Shown: one piece after another, positions 7,661-14,203 of the stretch
How the letters are laid out: the number at the start of each line of letters is the position of its first letter
Position numbering within the stretch: the first letter of the stretch is position 1
Assembly: GCA_963804645.1 (NCBI GenBank)
Contig: CAWDRG010000016.1
Coordinates: 1 to 14,203, forward strand
DNA: 14,203 bases
Source of the DNA: an uncultured Bacillota bacterium
GTDB lineage: Bacteria; Sysuimicrobiota; Sysuimicrobiia; Sysuimicrobiales; Segetimicrobiaceae
Reading direction: 5' to 3'
The notes under the pieces: generated by a model
Told to the model about the DNA's origin: nothing
What the model saw: the letters and a program-made list of their open reading frames with translations, nothing else
Database searches by the model: none
Made by a program: the position numbers and the translations under genes

Positions 7661-9626
7661 CGGGCGGCTGGGTCGCGGCCGCGATCGCGCCGCGCACGAT
7701 CGCGCCGAGCCAGAGCGCGAGGTCCGCGCGCGTCATCGGCTGCGAGGGCGGCAGATTCGAGGCCGGCGCCGTCGAGGCGCCCGGGATCGCGGTCGAGATG
7801 ATCTGCGCCGCGCCAAATCCGCGCAGCGGCAGTGCCACGTCGGCCGGATCCGGCTGGAGGATGTCCGCGTTCGGATTCGCGGCGTCGGGCCCGCTCCATC
7901 GGCGGACGCTCGCGGCCGCGGCGGCGATCCGGCGCTTCGCCTCGTCGGTCGCCACCGGCCCGTCGGGCGTGAAGTCCAGATTGTCGTCGGTGCCTATCCA
8001 CACGCCTTCCACCGCGAGCAGCTGCGTCGCGGCGAACGCCGGATGGTCGATGGGCACGTCATCCCACCAGTACAGGGGCACCTGCTGGTCGATCAGCAGG
8101 ATCTGCAGCTGCCGCGTGAGGTCGGCGCGTCCCAGGACGTCCTGCGGCGTCACGTTCGCGCTGAGGCAGAACGCGGCGACCGTGCCCGCCGCGTCTCCCA
8201 CGGCCCACTCCACCGGGTGCAGGCGGTACGCGCCGTTGGTCAGATGCGTCGTGCCGATGTTCTTCGCGGCGGGCAGCAGGTTGAGCGTGCGCACCGGCAC
8301 GAGCGCGCCGAGCGGGATCTGAAACGGCTTCGTGTTGATGTCCGTCGTGCGCTCGCCGCAGCCGTGCAGATCGATTAGGTACAAGCCGATGCCGACCGTG
8401 TCGTCGAACCGCGCCGCCCGGGCGCCCGGATTCGAGGCTTCGGCGATGTTCTGTTCGACGATCGTGTAGCGCGCGCGAAGCCTCCGGCCCTCGCGCACGT
8501 ACGGCATCTGGGAGAGGCCGTCGACGCTGCCCATCACGTCGGGCCGGGGATTGAGCTCCGGATAGCCGGCGCCGCCGTCGTCCCGGGGCGCCTCGGTCTG
8601 CAGCCAGTAGAGGAAGCCGAGGCTCAGGAGGCGCGCTTCCTGGTACCGCATCTGCTGCTCGTCCGGCTGCCGGTCGACGACGGGACCGCCGCGGTAATCG
8701 TTGCCCGTCCAGTTCAGGATGCTCACGTCGACCGGGATGCGCGGATCGTCGAAGTTGGTGGCGTCCAGCGCGCGCCGGTACGTCCAGAACGGCCCCATCG
8801 TGCCGGGCGCGGTCATGAACATCTGATAGGCGGGCGCCCCCGGGTCGTAGGGGCGGTAGACCATCGTGTACGGCTGGGTTGTCCGGTTCTGGTCGTAGCC
8901 ATCGGGCTTCGCGATCGTATGGTCCTCTCCGGCGCGGTACTCGACCGCGATCGGAAACGTGAAGTTCTGAATGCACGCCGGGTTCGGAGTGTCCGGCGCC
9001 GACGGTTCGCCGGTCTGCGCCCGCGACTCCTGCCCGAGCGCGTACGCGGTCGCGGTGAATACCAGCATGTCGCCGAGGTCGGTCGCATCCAGGACGTACG
9101 CCGCCCGGAAGCGGATCACCGCGCCGCTGTCCAGATGCCGGGTCGCCACCGCCTCGACCCGTCCGTTGATGACGTCCGCGGCGACCGCCCGCGTGCGATA
9201 GAACACCTGCAGGTCGCCGGAGTCGTGGGGGCCGCTCATCATGCCCTCGAGCACCGTGACCCCGGCGCGCGGCTCGAACGACAGCGTGCTGACCCACGCG
9301 TTTCCGGGGTTCAGGTGCACGGCGTCGGTCGTCGGGGGGAGCGTGTACGTCGTGCGGTAGTAGGCGCGAATTCCCTGGCGCAGCTCGTAGTAGGAACCGG
9401 TGCCGCCGAACGTCTCGATGTACTGGTGCTCGTCGAGCGACGAGACGCCCTGTGTCGAGATCTGCCCGCCGGGCCAGCTCGTCTCCTCGATCAGGCAGAC
9501 GCGGCGTCCGAGCCGCGCGGCGCGCAGCGCGGCCGCGCAGCCGCCGAGACCGGCGCCGACGACGAGCACGTCGCAGACGATCTCCGTGCCGGTCTCCTCG
9601 GGGAGCACGGGGGTATTCAGGACCAC
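7653..9626 (-). CDS. FAD-dependent oxidoreductase (FAD_oxidored-type) with SLH-like C-terminal segment, about 657 aa
   Basis: [15 protein letters not shown]ossmann motif, [28 protein letters not shown] and [23 protein letters not shown] at 9626 after GAGAGGAG is preferred over the ATG at 9812. Confidence 0.9.
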   Translation of the reverse strand: MVLNTPVLPEETGTEIVCDVLVVGAGLGGCAAALRAARLGRRVCLIEETSWPGGQISTQGVSSLDEHQYIETFGGTGSYYELRQGIRAYYRTTYTLPPTTDAVHLNPGNAWVSTLSFEPRAGVTVLEGMMSGPHDSGDLQVFYRTRAVAADVINGRVEAVATRHLDSGAVIRFRAAYVLDATDLGDMLVFTATAYALGQESRAQTGEPSAPDTPNPACIQNFTFPIAVEYRAGEDHTIAKPDGYDQNRTTQPYTMVYRPYDPGAPAYQMFMTAPGTMGPFWTYRRALDATNFDDPRIPVDVSILNWTGNDYRGGPVVDRQPDEQQMRYQEARLLSLGFLYWLQTEAPRDDGGAGYPELNPRPDVMGSVDGLSQMPYVREGRRLRARYTIVEQNIAEASNPGARAARFDDTVGIGLYLIDLHGCGERTTDINTKPFQIPLGALVPVRTLNLLPAAKNIGTTHLTNGAYRLHPVEWAVGDAAGTVAAFCLSANVTPQDVLGRADLTRQLQILLIDQQVPLYWWDDVPIDHPAFAATQLLAVEGVWIGTDDNLDFTPDGPVATDEAKRRIAAAAASVRRWSGPDAANPNADILQPDPADVALPLRGFGAAQIISTAIPGASTAPASNLPPSQPMTRADLALWLGAIVRGAIAAATQPPAT

Positions 9627-9810
9627 GGGTCGGGCTCCTCTCTCTTGCGCCGTCGTAGGGGCGCCGCGCACGGGCGGGATGCCTCGGGGCGGGGATAGGA
9701 GTTTTTTCGGCGGTGTGGGCGGCCCTCCTGCTCCCCACTCGTGCGCGGCGGCCGTTCGGACGCTGCGATAAACGGGATCGCTCCCCACGGTAGAGAACTC
9801 TCGGTCCGAC

Positions 9811-11178
9811 ATGCCGTCGCGTCCGTCCGATCCGGCCCCGCGTCCCGTCCTCTGGCATCAGGGGGTGGCGCAGACCGCCCTGGCCCGCCGCGGCGGCCCG
9901 CTGCGGCTCGAGCGGGGCGCCGGCAGCCGCGTCTGGGACACGCACGGGCGGTCCTACCTCGACGCGCGCTCGGGGCTGTGGGCCGTGACGGTGGGGTACG
10001 GCCGCGAGGATGTCGCCGCGGTCGTGCACGCGCAGCTGCGGACGCTGTCGTTCGCGCCGCTGACCGACGCGGTGTCGCCGGTCGCCGAGGCGCTTGCCGC
10101 CCGGCTCGGCGATCTCGCCCCGGGCGACCTCGACACGGTGGTGCTCGTGCCGACCGGGTCGGAGGCGGTGGACACGGCGCTCAAGCTGGTGCGGCTGTAC
10201 CACTACGCGGGGGGCGACCGGCGGCGGCGCGTCGTGATCGCCCGCGAGTACTCGGCCCACGGCAGCACGTACGCGGGCCTGTCGTTGAGCGACCCCGACC
10301 GCGGGCTGCTGCGCGGCATCGGGCCGGGGCTCAAGCAGATCCGGTTCGCGCCGACGCCGTACCCGTACCGGTGCGCGTACTGCGCGGGGGCCGGTGCGTG
10401 CACGCTCGCGTGCGCCGAGGCGCTGGAAGACGCGATCGTCGCGGCGGGCCCGGACCGCGTGGCCGCGGTGTTCGCCGAACCCGTCCCCGGGCCGGGCGGG
10501 GTGCTGGTGCCGCCCGACGGCTACTGGCCGCGCGTGCGCGCCCTGTGCGACCGCTACGGCGTGCTGCTGGCGGCGGACGAGGTCGTCACCGGCTGCGGAC
10601 GGACGGGGCGGTGGTGCGCGTCGGACCACTGGGGGCTCGTTCCCGATCTGATGATCCTCGGCAAGGGCCTCACCGGCGGGTACCAGTCGCTCGCGGCGGT
10701 GGTGATGCGCCGGCCGATCGGCGAGCGCCTCGCGGGGCGGCAGGTGCCGCACGGCTTCACCTACAGCGGCCACCCGGCCGCGTGCGCCGCCGCGCTCGAG
10801 TGCCTGCGGATCGTCGACGAGGAGGGCCTCGTCGACCGCGCCGCCCGCCTCGGAACCCGCCTCACCGAGGGGCTGCGCCGCGAGCTCGCGTCGTGCCCGG
10901 TGGTCGGCGAGGTCCGTGGGCTCGGGCTCATGAGCGCCGTGGAGCTCGTCGCGGACGGGGCGGATCGCGCGCCGCTGCGCCTCACCGCCAGGCGGTGGCT
11001 CGCGCTCGAGCGGGATCTCGAGGAGCGCGGCGTGCTCTGCTTCGTCGACAATCCCGTGATCGTGGCGCCGCCGCTTGTGGTGACCGACGACGAGGTGGAC
11101 GTCTTGGTCGGCGCGGTGGCGGAATCGGTGCGCGGGCTCGCCGGTCACGCCGGCGGGGCGAAGGGGGGACGGGGATGA
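9811..11178 (+). CDS. Class III PLP-dependent aminotransferase (omega-transaminase/BioA-like)
   Basis: YLDARSGLW, GSEAVDTALK, DEVVTGCGRTG, PDLMILGKGLTGGY (catalytic Lys), HGFTYSGHP and VRGLGLM. Confidence 0.95.
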   Translation: MPSRPSDPAPRPVLWHQGVAQTALARRGGPLRLERGAGSRVWDTHGRSYLDARSGLWAVTVGYGREDVAAVVHAQLRTLSFAPLTDAVSPVAEALAARLGDLAPGDLDTVVLVPTGSEAVDTALKLVRLYHYAGGDRRRRVVIAREYSAHGSTYAGLSLSDPDRGLLRGIGPGLKQIRFAPTPYPYRCAYCAGAGACTLACAEALEDAIVAAGPDRVAAVFAEPVPGPGGVLVPPDGYWPRVRALCDRYGVLLAADEVVTGCGRTGRWCASDHWGLVPDLMILGKGLTGGYQSLAAVVMRRPIGERLAGRQVPHGFTYSGHPAACAAALECLRIVDEEGLVDRAARLGTRLTEGLRRELASCPVVGEVRGLGLMSAVELVADGADRAPLRLTARRWLALERDLEERGVLCFVDNPVIVAPPLVVTDDEVDVLVGAVAESVRGLAGHAGGAKGGRG

Positions 11179-11954
11179 CAGAGTCGTTGGTCGGGCTCGA
11201 CGGGCAGGACGGTGTGTTCACGCTGACGCTGCGCAGGCCCGATGTCCTGAACGCGCTCAGTACCGCGCTGTGTCGTGAGGCGGTCGGGGCGCTCGACCGG
11301 GTCGCGGCCGATCCGGGGGCGCGCGTGCTGATCGTCACGGGCGCGGGGCGGGCGTTCTCGGCCGGGGCGGATCTCAAAGAGCGCGCCGGCGCGACCCTGG
11401 ACGCGATCTGGGCGCACAACCGCGCGATCTTTGCGATTCCGCTCGCGCTCGAACGGCTGCCGGTGCCCACGATCGCGGCGATCAATGGTCCGGCGCTCGG
11501 CGGGGGCTGTGAAGTCGCGCTGGGCTGCGATCTGCGGTGGGCCGCCGAGGGAGCCCTGCTCGGGTTCCCGGAAGTGACGCGCGGCATCATTCCCGCGGCC
11601 GGTGGCACGCAGCGGCTGCCGCGGTTGGTCGGGCCGTCGCGGGCGCTGGCGCTCATTCTCACGGGCGAGCCGGTCCGGGCCGACGAGGCCTGCCGGATCG
11701 GGCTCGTGGACGCGGTGGTGCCGCCGGACACGCTGCTCGGAGCCGTCTCGGCCTTCGCGCGCCGCATCGCCGCGAACGCGCCGCTCGCCGTGCGCGCGGC
11801 GAAGGAGGCGGTGCGCACCGCGCTGGCGGGCGGCCTGCCCGAGGGGCTTGAGGTCGAAGCGCGGCTCCAGCGCGTGCTCTACGAGACCGAGGACTGCCGG
11901 GAGGGCATCGCCGCGTTCCGGGAGCGCCGTCCCGCGCGGTGGCTCGGGCGGTAG
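11175..11954 (+). CDS. Enoyl-CoA hydratase/isomerase (crotonase family), 259 aa
   Basis: RAFSAGADLKE, AINGPALGGGCE and FPEVTRGIIPAAGGTQRLPRLVG, with both catalytic Glu present; ATGA overlap with the aminotransferase stop. Confidence 0.95.
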   Translation: MTESLVGLDGQDGVFTLTLRRPDVLNALSTALCREAVGALDRVAADPGARVLIVTGAGRAFSAGADLKERAGATLDAIWAHNRAIFAIPLALERLPVPTIAAINGPALGGGCEVALGCDLRWAAEGALLGFPEVTRGIIPAAGGTQRLPRLVGPSRALALILTGEPVRADEACRIGLVDAVVPPDTLLGAVSAFARRIAANAPLAVRAAKEAVRTALAGGLPEGLEVEARLQRVLYETEDCREGIAAFRERRPARWLGR

Positions 11955-11970
11955 GGGGGCGTGCGGCGCC

Positions 11971-12387
11971 CTACGCGCTGCCGATCGCGAACCCGAGCAT
12001 CAGCATGGCGAAGACGAAGCCCGCGATCGCGACATACAGCCAGTCCCGCCGCGCCGCGAACGCGGCGACCGCGATCCCGACGCTCACGACCGGGGTGATC
12101 ATCAGCAGCAGCAGGCCGAGGTCGGTGACCGCGGCCGGCCGCGCCAGCGCGAGCCCGGCCAGCACGATGCCGAGCGACTGAGGGTCGGCGTTCCACGACG
12201 CCGGCGCGCCGCGCGGAGCGAACAAGATCGCGGGCACACCCTCCTGCACCACGAACAGGGCCACGCCGAGCAGGATGATCGCCGCGGACACCAGCACGCC
12301 CCAGCGCAGGACTTGGCTCAGGAGCGCGTCGACGCTCGCGAGCTCCCGGTCGTCGCCCTGCGGCGGATCCGGCGCGGGCCTATCCAC
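11971..12387 (-). CDS. DUF1634-family membrane protein
   Basis: LSQVLRWGVLVSAA and GLLLLMITPV motifs with three hydrophobic segments; overlaps the end of a TauE/SafE gene, the usual context for this family. Confidence 0.8.
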   Translation of the reverse strand: MDRPAPDPPQGDDRELASVDALLSQVLRWGVLVSAAIILLGVALFVVQEGVPAILFAPRGAPASWNADPQSLGIVLAGLALARPAAVTDLGLLLLMITPVVSVGIAVAAFAARRDWLYVAIAGFVFAMLMLGFAIGSA

Positions 12388-13203
12388 TGAGACCCCGTAG
12401 GATCATCTCGACGGCCGTGATCGCGAGCACCGGGATGAACATCTTCCGAATCGTGGTGTTGCGGAGCCGCTGCATCATGTGCGCGCCGCCCCACGCCCCG
12501 GCGAGCACGCCGAGCGCCACGGGCGCGGCGACGAGCGGGTGGATGTCGCCGCGCGCGAAGTAGACGCCGGCGCTCGCCGCCGCGGTGACCCCGATCATGA
12601 AGTTGCTCGTCGCGGTGGATACCTTCATCGGCAGGCGCATGAAGATGTCCATCGCGAGCACCTTGAACGATCCGCTCCCGATGCCGAGCAGGCCGGAGAG
12701 CAGGCCCGCGACGTACATCATTGCCCCGCCGGGAAGGACCGCGGTCGCCCGGTACGGCACCCGCGCCCGCAGCACCTGGTCGTAGTACGCTCCGGAGAAG
12801 CCGAGGCGGTCGGCGAGCGGATCGTCGGGTACGTGGACGGGGACTTCGATGTGCAGGCGGCCCAGCAGCGCGACCGCCGAGTAGCCGAGGAGGAGGCCGA
12901 AGACGACGTACAGCGCCCGCTGCGGCACGTGGCCGGCAAGAAACGCGCCGCACAGGGCCCCGACCGTGGTGGCGACTTCCAGCGCGATCCCGATCCGGAG
13001 GTTGGAGATCCGCCGCGGAGGTACGCGGCCGCGGCCCCGCTGCTCGTAGCGATCACCGACACGATGCTCGCGCCGACCGCGTACCGGAACGGCAGGCCGA
13101 TGAGCAGCGTGAGCGCCGGGACGATGATGATGCCCCCGCCGAGCCCGAGCAGCGAGCCCAGCACGCCGGCCGCGATCGAGAGGACGAGGATTTCAATAAA
13201 CAC
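12380..13203 (-). pseudogene. Sulfite exporter TauE/SafE (TSUP) family permease, split by a 1-nt deletion near 13010-13016
   Basis: The N-terminal frame (GSLLGLGGG...VIATSSGAAAAYLR) continues in another frame as ISNLRIGIALEVATTVGA...LSGLLGIGSG...STATSNFMIGVTA. The span is 824 nt, one short of a multiple of 3. A sequencing error is possible. Confidence 0.85.
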
Positions 13204-13480
13204 GAGCGTCAGCTCCCGTTCGCGTCGCGCGTCGAGTTACGTCGGGCCAGGCTCGGCATGCACGACCGCATTCGCGGCGGTGGCGGTCGTGGGCGCCCCA
13301 GGCGCGACACAAAGTCGCGCGACCCAGCCTCTAGGCTAGGCCGAGCTCCCTATAAAATCAAGACTTTCTGAGAGCCGACAGCTGCGCGTCGCCCCGCCGT
13401 CATTCACCTCGACCGCCTGCGGCTTCACCGGCGCGAAGGGGACACACAGGCGCGGGCGTCTCGCAGGCGGACATACGGAA

Positions 13481-13503
13481 GGGGCGGATGGTGAGTCCGC
13501 CCC
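13481..13503 (-). terminator. Hairpin downstream of the GYD gene
   Basis: GGGGCGGA (13481-13488) / TCCGCCCC (13496-13503): 8-bp stem with a 7-nt loop, 25 nt after the inferred TAG. Confidence 0.5.
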
Positions 13504-13528
13504 CTCCGACTGCCCGAACGCGTTGTTC

Positions 13529-13850
13529 CTAGTGCCCAGGCGCCGATAGCTGACGGTCTTCTTTGCCGCTTGGTCGACTTCTTCGGGCGTCATCAGAATG
13601 GTGGTCTTCACGCTGGCGGCCCCCGAGGCGTTGACGGTCAGCGCGATGGCCGCCGCGGAGACGTGATCCGGGACGCTGGCGATGAGATACACGTCCTCCT
13701 GTCCGAATGCATAATAGATGGATTCCAGGCTCCCCCCCACGCTCTTGAGCAGTGCTTCGATGGCCTGCTAAACGCGGTGCCGCCGCCGCCCTTAATCAGG
13801 CCCTTCATTCCCTCCACGGTGTACGACGCGCTGATCAGGTATTTGCCCAT
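13529..13850 (-). pseudogene. GYD-domain protein, two frameshifts
   Basis: MGKYLISASYTVEGMKGLIKGGG, then in another frame QAIEALLKSVGGSLESIYYAFGQEDVY...TPEEVDQAAKKTVSYR, then PGH-stop in the third frame. The span is 322 nt (324 minus 2). Confidence 0.8.
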
Positions 13851-14175
13851 GTCATCCCTCCATTCGAGCGTTTGTCGAACTCTTCGCGAGCCGTCGGGAA
13901 TTCCAGCAATGCCTGGTCACTCTTGATGATATAAGATGTTCGACGGTGGGCGCGTTGGTGAAGGACGAACGGTGGATGTTTCTACACAAGGGTTCGCTGA
14001 CGTGCTCTGTGGTTCCTCTAATCGCTGGGCCCGAGCCAGACCGGCGTCGCGCTTCTGCCTCTGCTCAGGTCGCGACGCGGAGCCGACAAGCGCCCCGATG
14101 GCGTGCTGGGGTGTGCGCGGTCTGGCTGCCGCTCGGACGGGTTCATACTTCAGAGGGCGTTGATGCTGCGGCGTG

Positions 14176-14203
14176 TGGTGCCCCCAGCGAGATTCGAACT
14201 CGC
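14176..14203 (-). tRNA. tRNA 3' half (T-arm, acceptor strand, CCA), cut by the window edge; possibly tRNA-Leu
   Basis: The reverse strand reads GCGAG-TTCGAAT-CTCGC-TGGGGGC-A-CCA. The anticodon is not visible, so Leu is only a guess from discriminator A and the stem pattern. Confidence 0.92.

Noticed and set aside
8059..11148. 1029-aa minus-strand ORF and the N-terminal half of 9741-11954
   Set aside because: Arg/Ala/Gly-rich shadow frames overlapping well-supported genes, typical of high-GC DNA.
13525..13534. GTTCCTAG matching the putative target guide (1315-1322) and overlapping the GYD stop codon
   Set aside because: The next bases are TGCC rather than ACC, so the GA core is broken; an 8-nt match in 14 kb can arise by chance.
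13931..13938. ATAAGATG identical to IS left end 2-9
   Set aside because: The inverted repeat does not continue and no transposase follows; likely chance or an unrelated promoter element.
1..14203. CRISPR array, defence system or integrase
   Set aside because: No regularly spaced repeats and no Cas, defence or tyrosine/serine integrase motifs were recognised.

Overview
High-GC bacterial window. It opens with an apparently complete IS110-family element of the IS1111 type (about 1-1517). The element has a DEDD transposase, 11-bp subterminal inverted repeats, a repeated GA core, and a sigma70 promoter that forms only across the circle junction. Its ~300-nt downstream non-coding region folds into two internal-loop hairpins whose loops match the element's own end and its insertion site, as expected for a bridge/seek RNA. 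The element's right end supplies the stop codon of a convergent NUDIX gene. The rest is mostly metabolic: two NUDIX hydrolases, an unannotated 23-aa membrane peptide, a truncated beta-barrel-like fragment, an amidohydrolase with an orphan family-5 ABC binding protein, a Tat-type cupredoxin, a cupin, an FAD oxidoreductase, a class III aminotransferase plus enoyl-CoA hydratase, DUF1634 with a frameshifted TauE/SafE gene, and a doubly frameshifted GYD gene. The window ends in the 3' half of a tRNA. All calls come from motif recognition by eye; no searches or folding programs were run.
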